Shown here: positions 1-7,948 of the stretch, piece after piece
How positions within the stretch are numbered: the stretch's first letter is position 1
Layout: the number at the start of each line of letters is the position of its first letter
Assembly (NCBI GenBank): GCA_040289575.1
Contig: PSLL01000009.1
Location: forward strand, 40,892-100,515
Reading direction: 5' to 3'
Length of the DNA stretch: 59,624 bases
From: Candidatus Dadabacteria bacterium
Lineage (GTDB): Bacteria > Desulfobacterota_D > UBA1144 > Nemesobacterales > CSP1-2
Made by a program: the position numbers and the translations under genes
Notes under the pieces: model-generated
Told to the model about the DNA's origin: nothing
Seen by the model: only the letters and a program-made list of their open reading frames with translations
Databases searched by the model: none

Positions 1-747
1 GCCACTAGCGCCGCGCCCGCCAGATAAATCCAATAAACGCGCGGCAGTCCTTCCGCTTTCACGTTCGGCACTTCCGTTTCCATCTCTTCTGGCCGTGGGT
101 AAATCCATCGCGCGATCAGCAGCAGGCTAAGACAGATGACTCCAGGCAAGAGCAGGAGGGCAAAGGCAAAACGATATTCACCGCGAATGGCAAGAACCGC
201 TGCCACAGCCAGCGGGCCGAATAGGGCACCGAATTGGTCGAGCGCCTCGTGCATACCAAACGCCCAGCCGTAACCGATTTCCTTGGCGGCATACGAGAGC
301 ATCACGTCGCGCGGCGGATTGCGCGTGGCGCGCCCGGCGCGTTCCAGAATGATCAGCGCAGCGGCGGTTGGCCACTTTGCCGACGCGCTCGAGAATAATT
401 AGCACGGCAGCCATCGGCCAGTTGCCCGCCAGCGCCAGCGCTGGCACCGAAAGCATTTGGATGAAGTAACCAAAGATCGTGATTGGCCAGAACTTGCCAG
501 TGACATCTGCAAGGCGGCCGGAAATGAGACGCAAACCGTAGCCAGCTAGTTCGCCAAAACCGGTGACGACGCCCACCACCGTGGCGCTAGTCTGCAAGAG
601 AGCGAGGTACGGGCCGAGAATACTGCGCGAACCCTCGTATGTAAAGTCGGCAAAGAAACTGAGTGCGCCAACCATCAAGACGAATTTCAGGGCAGACCTT
701 TTTAGGATGCTCTTTTTATCTTCCGGCAGAATTGATTGATATTCCAC
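1..747 (-). pseudogene. MFS transporter, frameshifted at a 46-nt diverged duplication; runs off the left edge
   Basis: Hydrophobic MFS N-terminus (SFFADFTYEGSRSILGPY...GELAGYGLRLISGRLAD). After ...WPMAAVLIILERVGK the MFS sequence resumes in another frame at 374 (WPTAAALIILERAGRATRNPPRDVMLSYAAKEIGYGWAFGMHEALDQFGA...), open to base 1. Confidence 0.85.
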
Positions 748-839
748 TGATATTCCTCTTTAGGAGTATCGCTCGAATGAAGTCGTTTAGGGATACCCAT
801 ATTGTCATACTCGAGTAAAAGTTTGCAGAAATGGTAGCA

Positions 840-2606
840 TTACGCGCTTTCTAAGGTATTCTCCAGCCTCTTTAGACTCAATCTAATTCGCTTTAACACA
901 TCAGCATGCTCTTTGAGGTTTTTCCTGGCATATGTAATCTTTTCTTCGCCAGCTCCACTTTCCAGAACAGCCCGCTCAAGAGCAGATTCAATTCCCATTA
1001 GCGTCGCATCAATCTTGGAAAACAGCTCATCACGAAACCTTCTGAGGTTCTTTTCTATGCGCTCTAGAAAATCGTACCTAATTCTTCCAGCATTTCTATC
1101 CAGCTGTTCTCTACACTGCTCGAGCATCCTACTTAGTACCACCCTTCGAAATAAGAATCCCGGCAGAGCAAATGGCAAGACTTCAAGGGCAAGATTGGTA
1201 TCGAATAGGGATTCAATCCTGTACTGGAGATAACCTTCTGCAGAGAGAGTTTCTACGCCGCTAAAGGTCTCTACTTTAATATCAAAGATGTCTGAGGATA
1301 GTTTCTTGATATATGTTATTATCTCATTGGCTTTGGATGAAAACCGTCTTGAGATGTTTTCAAACTCCCTATCCAATTTATCCTCTTCTAGAATACGCCA
1401 TTCATTGAAAATGCACTCAATCTCCTGCCTCATCGCACTGTCTATCGATTTTGACAACTCGATTTTGCTCTTATCTTTGTAAATTTTATAATGCCCTTCC
1501 ATCTTTTTTACAAGCTCAGGAGCCTTCTCTTCTACAAAATTTTTCAAATCAGATTCGAGCATAGAAATAAGCCTTTGCTCTTCCCCTTTTAGAAGATAGT
1601 CAAAATCCACTTTATCCAGACGGATTTTCTCCTTTTGAATATTAAACTCACTTATCTTCCTTCTAAGCTCTTCCAATGGAATGGAGATGGCTTTCACTTC
1701 AAGTTCTATAGACATCATTTCGTCTGAGAGGATTTTAAGAGTATTATTTAGTGCAGAACTGATAATGGCTTTGCCCTTTTCCTTCATAAGGAAATCATTT
1801 AAAGCCCTTTCAAAATCCGAAACCGAGCTGCGGTCACGCATTTCTTGATTGCCGTTTAACCTTCCTTCTAGGGCATACTTGGCAGATATAGGAAAGATTT
1901 TTATATCCTTTAGACCAACCTTCTGTTCAATTACGTGCTTCGTAAACTCAAGCGACTCAATTCTATCCTTTTCATCCATCTGGTCAATCTTATTTTGCAG
2001 AAAAAGGATTTTATCTACATATTTTCTTATATCATTCAGGAAATCATACTCAACCTGACTAATCGGCGGGTCTACACCGACTAGAAAAACTGCGGCATCT
2101 ACCTTGGACAGATAATTGTATGTAACGGCGGTATTGTGCTGATATGTTGAGCCGATTCCCGGAGTATCTATAATCTGAACCCCATCCCTTAAATAAGGGG
2201 AGTCATAATGAACCTCCACGTACTGCACCCCTTTTTGGTTTTCTGGATTACCCTTCTCAGTTACATAATCTGGAAGCTCATCAAGCGTTATTTCTTTTCT
2301 AGTCCCGTTATTAAATAAAACTTCAATGTGCAGGTTATTTCCATATTTAATCAGCGTAATAATAGATGTAAGCGGAACAACCCCTGTAGGAAGTAATCGG
2401 CTACCCAGCAGGGCATTGATGAGTGTAGTTTTCCCTCGTTTAAACTGTCCAAGAACGGCTAGATTGAAATGGCCCTCCAAGAGCTTCGCTATAAGTTCTT
2501 CCACAGCCCTTGTTACACCCTCATTCTTACAATGAGAGGCCAATTGGTATAAGTCTTTCAGGTTCTCTAACAGGTAGTTTCTTGCCTCTACATATGACTC
2601 CGGCAT
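840..2606 (-). CDS. Bacterial dynamin-like GTPase (Dynamin_N family), 588 aa
   Basis: G1 GQFKRGKTT, G2 region GVVPLTS, G3 DTPG, G4 NKID, followed by a long helical stalk. Confidence 0.92.
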   Translation of the reverse strand: MPESYVEARNYLLENLKDLYQLASHCKNEGVTRAVEELIAKLLEGHFNLAVLGQFKRGKTTLINALLGSRLLPTGVVPLTSIITLIKYGNNLHIEVLFNNGTRKEITLDELPDYVTEKGNPENQKGVQYVEVHYDSPYLRDGVQIIDTPGIGSTYQHNTAVTYNYLSKVDAAVFLVGVDPPISQVEYDFLNDIRKYVDKILFLQNKIDQMDEKDRIESLEFTKHVIEQKVGLKDIKIFPISAKYALEGRLNGNQEMRDRSSVSDFERALNDFLMKEKGKAIISSALNNTLKILSDEMMSIELEVKAISIPLEELRRKISEFNIQKEKIRLDKVDFDYLLKGEEQRLISMLESDLKNFVEEKAPELVKKMEGHYKIYKDKSKIELSKSIDSAMRQEIECIFNEWRILEEDKLDREFENISRRFSSKANEIITYIKKLSSDIFDIKVETFSGVETLSAEGYLQYRIESLFDTNLALEVLPFALPGFLFRRVVLSRMLEQCREQLDRNAGRIRYDFLERIEKNLRRFRDELFSKIDATLMGIESALERAVLESGAGEEKITYARKNLKEHADVLKRIRLSLKRLENTLESA

Positions 2607-2618
2607 AGAACAAATCTC

Positions 2619-3326
2619 CTATAGCGGATTATTCAAGTTTCCGTGCTCTAAAACCGTTACTAAACTGCTTTTGATATGAATATCTAGCGGGGTTGAAAGA
2701 ATCTTCTCTATTGTCTTATTTATATTGTATGTGACCCTCTTTATCTCCACATCGCCGTCATTCCATATGGCATAGGATGCCTTTGCCGGAATATCTTTTG
2801 ACTGGCCTACACTGCCGGGATTAATAATAGTCGTCCTATCTATTCTCTTAATCATGGAAACATGTGTATGACCAAGGAGCACAAAATCTGCGTCCAGCCC
2901 TTCTATTTCCTGTCGCCAGATATAATCGGGTGAATCGGGTGGTATATACTTAAATAGATTATCAGTCGGCGTTGCATGTGTAAGAAAAAACCTCCCTCCG
3001 CCAAGTTCCACCACCCTATTTAGGGGAAGGGAACCAAGATAATTAATTTCTCCCTCTTCGAGAATATTCCACATAAGCTCTCTTGTCTTTACAGACATCA
3101 TTTTGTATGCCGCACTGCATTTGCAGTCGGTCCTGAAGGCTACGGCGCTATCGTGGTTTCCGCGTATGACGGCATGGGCGTTCTTTTTTACAAAATCTAT
3201 GCACTCCCTCGGACTCGGGCCATAGTCAACTAAATCTCCCAAACAGAGAAGGTAGTCATACTCCTCTTTTATAGCCTCCAGCGACTCAATATTTGCGTGT
3301 ATATCCGAGATAATTAGAATCCTCAT
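2619..3326 (-). CDS. Metallophosphoesterase (calcineurin-like, YfcE/MJ0936 type)
   Basis: Motifs SDIH, GDLVDYG, GNHD, THA, GHTH, NPGSVG. Confidence 0.93.
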   Translation of the reverse strand: MRILIISDIHANIESLEAIKEEYDYLLCLGDLVDYGPSPRECIDFVKKNAHAVIRGNHDSAVAFRTDCKCSAAYKMMSVKTRELMWNILEEGEINYLGSLPLNRVVELGGGRFFLTHATPTDNLFKYIPPDSPDYIWRQEIEGLDADFVLLGHTHVSMIKRIDRTTIINPGSVGQSKDIPAKASYAIWNDGDVEIKRVTYNINKTIEKILSTPLDIHIKSSLVTVLEHGNLNNPL

Positions 3327-3353
3327 TGAAATATCCCCCTTTATTCCAATATC

Positions 3354-4085
3354 CTAGAGTTCCTTACCGACAAAGAATTTAATAGCCCTGATCCAGGCTG
3401 TTTGTTCTTTACCCTTGGATTCATGCGAATAGCGATAATCTGTTTTGCGCCAATACTCTTCTAAATCGTCATTTAGCTTTCTAAGCACCTCAACCTGCTT
3501 TTGAATCAGAATTTCTAAAGACTTGGGAGATGCGAATTTAATGGCTTGGTTAAAGTGATTCATACACAGCCCCTGAGAATTATAGTAAAGCCCTTTAACC
3601 CTCTCGTCTTCTAAATCCATTATGAGATTATGAATCCATTCGGTCGCTTTGTTGGAAATGGATTTGCAAATCGGACAAGTCTCTGACGGCTCGAGTTGTT
3701 TCTTAGCCTCCTCTAAGCGTTGTATGTGTTTTTTACCCGTTATTTTTCTGATTACTTTATTAATCCTGCTTTCAGGTTTATATTTCTTCAATTCTTTGTA
3801 TAATCTTCCCAATTTCACCAGCGCCGATTTGACCAGATATTCATATACTACAGACATTTCATGCCCCTTTCCCATGCGAATCAAGTCCCAAGAATGCCTA
3901 TTACAAAAACCTCTGGAATTCAGTGTCCTATCTATCCAGGTGGTGTCATGGTAGTACTCAATAAAATACCAGCGATAAAAATATCTTAAGTCCTCATCGC
4001 AGAGCAGGCACACAGGACAATCATTGCCATCTCTCAATGCCTCCAATAATGACGACGATTTCCTAATGAAACCCAGTGTTGCCAT
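3354..4085 (-). CDS. DUF6062-like putative zinc-binding protein with two CxxC...CxxH repeats
   Basis: CPVC...RGFCNRH and CPIC...QGLCMNH. Family name recalled from the pattern, not searched. Confidence 0.75.
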   Translation of the reverse strand: MATLGFIRKSSSLLEALRDGNDCPVCLLCDEDLRYFYRWYFIEYYHDTTWIDRTLNSRGFCNRHSWDLIRMGKGHEMSVVYEYLVKSALVKLGRLYKELKKYKPESRINKVIRKITGKKHIQRLEEAKKQLEPSETCPICKSISNKATEWIHNLIMDLEDERVKGLYYNSQGLCMNHFNQAIKFASPKSLEILIQKQVEVLRKLNDDLEEYWRKTDYRYSHESKGKEQTAWIRAIKFFVGKEL

Positions 4086-4101
4086 GGAATTTAATCCCCG
4101 C

Positions 4102-4545
4102 TCACACTTTATTTAAAATATATTTCTCCACCATATCGCTATCTGTTCTATCTTCTTGTTCATTACGATCATCTGTAATCTTGAGGATATTTTTAAAGCT
4201 TCTATTAATCGCTTTTGCTCCCGTCAGTTTAATTGCCAGCGTCTTATTCCTAGAAAAGGTTTCAAAGCACTCATATCCTAAAGCCGCATTTCTGCTCGAA
4301 AGCCTTCTATAGTCCAGGGTTACATCCTCTAGCTCCGAGACCAGTTTATTTTTTCTGATTGTGAGTTCTGATAGCTCTTTTTCTATCTCATCTACTCTAT
4401 CAATTACATCAACCCCAAATGATATAACCCAACCGAATACTTCTTCCTCAGTCCAATCCATTTTAACTGGCGCTTTCTTAATCTCTTCATAAAGCCCTAA
4501 AGGAAGTGCTACAGAAAGTTTTCTTTGTTTATAACTCATTGCCAT
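4102..4545 (-). CDS. Hypothetical protein: RHH-like N-terminus plus coiled coil
   Basis: 147 aa, co-oriented and tightly packed in the operon. LSVALPLGLYEEIKK strand-helix pattern, then heptad-rich segment. Confidence 0.7.
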   Translation of the reverse strand: MAMSYKQRKLSVALPLGLYEEIKKAPVKMDWTEEEVFGWVISFGVDVIDRVDEIEKELSELTIRKNKLVSELEDVTLDYRRLSSRNAALGYECFETFSRNKTLAIKLTGAKAINRSFKNILKITDDRNEQEDRTDSDMVEKYILNKV

Positions 4546-4551
4546 CTAATT

Positions 4552-4923
4552 TCACTTCTGATCTGCGGAGCTTTGCTGTCTTACCAGTACTTTCAGTTCC
4601 TTATTTTCAGAGTTCAATATTTCCAATCTCTTATAGATATAATCGCTATCCCTTTGGGATTCGATACAGAGTTTTTCGAGTCTACTGTTCTCTTCAATAA
4701 AACGTTTAATTTCTCTCCACAGGTTCCCTATCTTCCCAGATAGGGAGGCGTTTTCTTCTTTAATCATGTCAATTTCAAGTTTAAGCAGTCCCGCGCTTAT
4801 TATTTTTTGTATTGCACCTGTTTCTTCGAGTTCGTGAGTCTTTATAAAATTCAGGACTCGTCCATAAACACCCGCCGGGATATTAACAATAAACGTGATT
4901 TGGTCAGGATATTTACGCTTCAC
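4552..4923 (-). CDS. Hypothetical protein: RHH-like N-terminus plus coiled coil, paralog of 4102-4545
   Basis: GTG start with GAGG upstream. FIVNIPAGVY...IISAG aligns ungapped with LSVALPLGLY...VISFG. Confidence 0.7.
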   Translation of the reverse strand: MKRKYPDQITFIVNIPAGVYGRVLNFIKTHELEETGAIQKIISAGLLKLEIDMIKEENASLSGKIGNLWREIKRFIEENSRLEKLCIESQRDSDYIYKRLEILNSENKELKVLVRQQSSADQK

Positions 4924-4969
4924 TCCAACCTCTTATAGAGGCTTTTTCTATCAATGATATTCTCATTTA

Positions 4970-5416
4970 TCACCTTTGCGATTTATTCGATTTAGCTTCT
5001 ATCCTCAAGCTTATTTCAATGAGTTCCTCTACCTTGGGATCTCAGAAATCGGCAAGTTCTTTTGGTGCCTTACCATATCTATCCAGCCCGCTACTTCTCA
5101 TATCTGAAAGCGCTTCCCCAATATGTGCGGCTTCTCCCCGCACCTTCCTTACCACTGATTCCTCTTGTGTCTGAAGATTAAGCCCACCTTTTAACTCTCT
5201 GATAATCCTTCGCATCTCTTCTATATCCTGGAGTATCGAATTTCGAACCTCATCATCCAGGTGGTCGTCTAATTTATAAGTTATTCTCTCTCTATTGTCA
5301 GTAATTAATGCCTCCTCAATCCGCTCAAGGGATTTTTCGAGCATATACAAACCTACTATTATGACTCTCTGATGGTTTGGACTAATCTCTATCACCTTAT
5401 TAAGGCTCCTCATCAT
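4970..5416 (-). pseudogene. Helical 'RYG' protein with in-frame TGA at 5044-5042 (paralog of 6951-7385)
   Basis: After TGA the frame continues DPKVEELIEISLRIEAKSNKSQR to a stop at 4972-4970. The TGA aligns with Leu of FLD in the paralog. Confidence 0.75.
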
Positions 5417-5482
5417 CTTAATCGAAAAAAATTACTGCACTCCCGATGTCCCTAAGAAATGCCAAGTTTGATAGGAGTATAT

Positions 5483-6454
5483 TTATCCATTTTTACTCAG
5501 TCTTTCTATAAGTTCCTTCAAAGACTCGATAACTGCCTCCGAGAGATATACCTTTTCTCCTCTAACATTCTCTACCTTTCTCTCATTTAGCGCGTTCTCA
5601 ATGTATGGTAAAGCCGCCGAATTGAGTTCTGATAGGGCTTCGATGCACAAACCGTGAGTGTACCAATCACCCTCATTCAATCCCGATATGAGTTCTGGAA
5701 TAACTTTTATGATTTTATCTTTGTCGATGCCGATCTTTAACAGAGATAAAGCCGCATATAACCTGACTTCCCATTCTTCATCCTCCAGTCTCTTGAGTAG
5801 TGGCCGGATGGCTTCAGGGTCACCGATTTCTCCCAGCAGTCTGGTAGCCTCGACGCGTCTTCTTATACTCGGATTTGTTTCATATATAGAAGGGGTGTAG
5901 TTTCGCCTAGCCAATGCCTCTATAAGTAATGGAACAGCATCTTTACCAAATTTAAGCAGAGCTTTACCAGCTGTCTCCCGTGAATAGTCATCCTCAAGCA
6001 TTTCAACTATATAAGGCATAGCTCTTTTTTCCTTGAAGTTCGAAAGAGCCTCAGCTGCACCCATTAAATGGTTCTCTTTTAGACACCTAAGTAGTGGCTC
6101 TATCGCCCTCTCATAGCCTAAGATTGCAAGCTGCCTGGCGGCCTGATTTCTTACAGTTTCTTCGGCAAGGCGAACCTGTGGGTCAAGCGGTTCTAAGTCG
6201 CACAAATCCAGTACCTGTATAAGCCCTTCGCTAGACTCTTCACCACCGATCATTCCAAGGGCTTCGGCAGCCAGGCAGCGCGGCTCCGAGAAGATAGATG
6301 GAGAAGAAAGTAAAAGTCCAATAATGGGTTTTACAGCCACCCTTCCGCATTTAATTACTTCAAGCAACGCACTTGTATTGCTTCCGAGATTATTAAGCCC
6401 CTCTACTAATCTCTCTATTTCTTCTCTATGGATCCTACACATTAAACTCGGCAC
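5483..6454 (-). CDS. HEAT-repeat (PBS-lyase-like) protein, 323 aa
   Basis: Repeated units: AAEALGMIGG, VEATRLLGEIGDPEAIRPLLKRLEDEEWEVRLYAALSL. Confidence 0.9.
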   Translation of the reverse strand: MPSLMCRIHREEIERLVEGLNNLGSNTSALLEVIKCGRVAVKPIIGLLLSSPSIFSEPRCLAAEALGMIGGEESSEGLIQVLDLCDLEPLDPQVRLAEETVRNQAARQLAILGYERAIEPLLRCLKENHLMGAAEALSNFKEKRAMPYIVEMLEDDYSRETAGKALLKFGKDAVPLLIEALARRNYTPSIYETNPSIRRRVEATRLLGEIGDPEAIRPLLKRLEDEEWEVRLYAALSLLKIGIDKDKIIKVIPELISGLNEGDWYTHGLCIEALSELNSAALPYIENALNERKVENVRGEKVYLSEAVIESLKELIERLSKNG

Positions 6455-6939
6455 CTCCTTGATATAACGGTTAGTTTATCCAATGAAGCACGTGCCGATT
6501 CCCTAACATAATGACTGTGATCCCCGATTGCCCTTTTTAAAGCCTCTATCACCTCTTCTTGTCCATCAAAGTTGCCAAGGACGGCAGCCGCCTTGCCTCT
6601 TACCAGGAACGAAGGGTTATTCAGCATCTTAATTAAGAACGGCACCGCCCTTTCATCCCCAATTTTGCCTACGGCTTCGACAACCTCCTCCATGAGAAAG
6701 TAATCATTGGTCCTGTTAAGTAGTTCAATCAGTGGTCTTATGGCTGCCCTCTCACGCCTCTCACCTAATATATAGCAGACCCTGTATACGGTAGAGCGCT
6801 CGGAATGATTGAGAGAATCTATGAGTTTCTCTGTGAAGCTTTTCTCAACCCATTCCTCTACATTTCCTCCGCACTGCAGACAGGTTTTTGTATTCTTTGA
6901 AATCTCATTCCAGCAAAAGGGGCAAAAGTAGTGTATCAT
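6442..6939 (-). CDS. Zinc-ribbon plus HEAT-repeat protein, 165 aa
   Basis: N-terminal CPFC...CLQC, then AVGKIGDERAVPFLIKML and VRGKAAAVLG repeats. Overlaps the next gene by 13 nt. Confidence 0.88.
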   Translation of the reverse strand: MIHYFCPFCWNEISKNTKTCLQCGGNVEEWVEKSFTEKLIDSLNHSERSTVYRVCYILGERRERAAIRPLIELLNRTNDYFLMEEVVEAVGKIGDERAVPFLIKMLNNPSFLVRGKAAAVLGNFDGQEEVIEALKRAIGDHSHYVRESARASLDKLTVISRRCRV

Positions 6940-6950
6940 GGTTCCCCTCC

Positions 6951-7385
6951 TTATGTTCCCGTATCCTTATGTTTTGAACTGGCAATCTCGCAAATTTCAT
7001 CAATCAGATTCATGATTCTATCTACCTGAGTATCTAGAAACTCTCGAAGCTCATCCGGAACCTCTCCGTAGCCACGAAGCCTTTTTGATTTTATCTCTTC
7101 CAGATTTACCCGCTGAATGGTCATGGCGCCGAGTATTCGGTTTTTTATTTCTTCTCTTCGTTTCTCTAAATTCAATTTTTGAGATACATAGGTTATCAAC
7201 CCTCTTATCTCATCTATGCGTTTTAGAATCAATGCCTTTTCCCAAGGTGAGAGGTTATTTAAGGTTTCGATCATAGCTTTTCTTTGATTGGCACCTCTTA
7301 TAATCTCTTCTACACCGGAGATTGTATCTTCAAGAACCTCCATAGATACAGAAAGACGGGCTTTATGGTTTCGTGGTACTTCCAT
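6951..7385 (-). CDS. Helical hypothetical protein with LRGYGEVP motif
   Basis: 144 aa, AGGA RBS. NH...LE N-terminus and SKRLRGYGEVPDELREFLD C-terminus shared with 4970-5416. Confidence 0.78.
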   Translation of the reverse strand: MEVPRNHKARLSVSMEVLEDTISGVEEIIRGANQRKAMIETLNNLSPWEKALILKRIDEIRGLITYVSQKLNLEKRREEIKNRILGAMTIQRVNLEEIKSKRLRGYGEVPDELREFLDTQVDRIMNLIDEICEIASSKHKDTGT

Positions 7386-7395
7386 GATTATCCTC

Positions 7396-7546
7396 TCACA
7401 AATCCAATTCTTTCTTATTATTGTAGAGCTTATATCCGTCCATGATTACCTTCTCAGCTTCCTCCGCTCCCCTGTAGCCAAATGTCATTAACTATTTCTG
7501 GTGGGTGTTTTCCAAATGGTAAGTCAACGAGATTTCTTCTCTCCAT
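7396..7546 (-). pseudogene. ppa: Collapsed remnant of a family I soluble inorganic pyrophosphatase (N- and C-termini only)
   Basis: AAGGAGG RBS, then MERRNLVDLPFGKHPPEIVN (PPase LPxGKxPPE start) joined out of frame to TFGYRGAEEAEKVIMDGYKLYNNKK (PPase-like final helix). Confidence 0.6.
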
Positions 7547-7865
7547 GGCATCTCAACCTCCTTATTAAAAAACCTGGAATGATATTTCACAAACAAAGGA
7601 TGATTCTTTCTCAGTTCGAGATTCACTACAGGACTCCTGCAAAATGGAGAATGGCTCTCCACTTTAGGTTCAGAAGTAATACCTAGATTCTTAAATTTAG
7701 ATGGAGAACTTCGATAGCCCGGCCCCTGTCCGATTATGAATAGGGCATAAGAGAAAAAACATCTGACCTTATTTAAATTATTTGAATAGTACATCTCCTA
7801 CCCCTTATAAACTTCAAGAAGGCATTATGATAAGCCATATTAGCCTTCCTCCAGAATCTATTTGG

Positions 7866-7920
7866 GTAGGAGTTATTAACTGCCGAAAGGGTCAGTAATT
7901 ATAAGGTGAACTCCATCACC
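7866..7920 (-). promoter_or_regulatory. Fluoride riboswitch aptamer (crcB motif)
   Basis: Minus strand GGTGATGGAGTTCACC-TTATAATT-ACTGACCCTTTCGGCAGT-TAATAACTCCTAC: P1 GGUGA/UCACC, pseudoknot GGAGU/ACUCC, P2 ACUG/CAGU, 3' UAAUAACUCCUAC close to the URAUGACNCCUAC consensus. Confidence 0.87.
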
Positions 7921-7939
7921 TATAATAGATAGTATAGAA

Positions 7940-7948
7940 ATTATACCA
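7940..7948 (-). promoter_or_regulatory. Extended -10 promoter (TGgTATAAT) upstream of the riboswitch
   Basis: Perfect TGnTATAAT about 20 nt 5' of the aptamer; -35 weak. Confidence 0.5.

Noticed and set aside
178-374. C-terminal part of the 189-aa ORF (VANRRCADHSG...)
   Set aside because: Off-frame read-through after the duplication; the MFS continues in another frame.
7492-7794. 100-aa ORF right after the riboswitch as a Fluc/CrcB or leader gene
   Set aside because: GGAG abuts the ATG with zero spacing, there are no TM helices or Fluc GxxGxxTTFS motif, and its 3' end overlaps the ppa remnant in another frame. No recognisable product in any frame.
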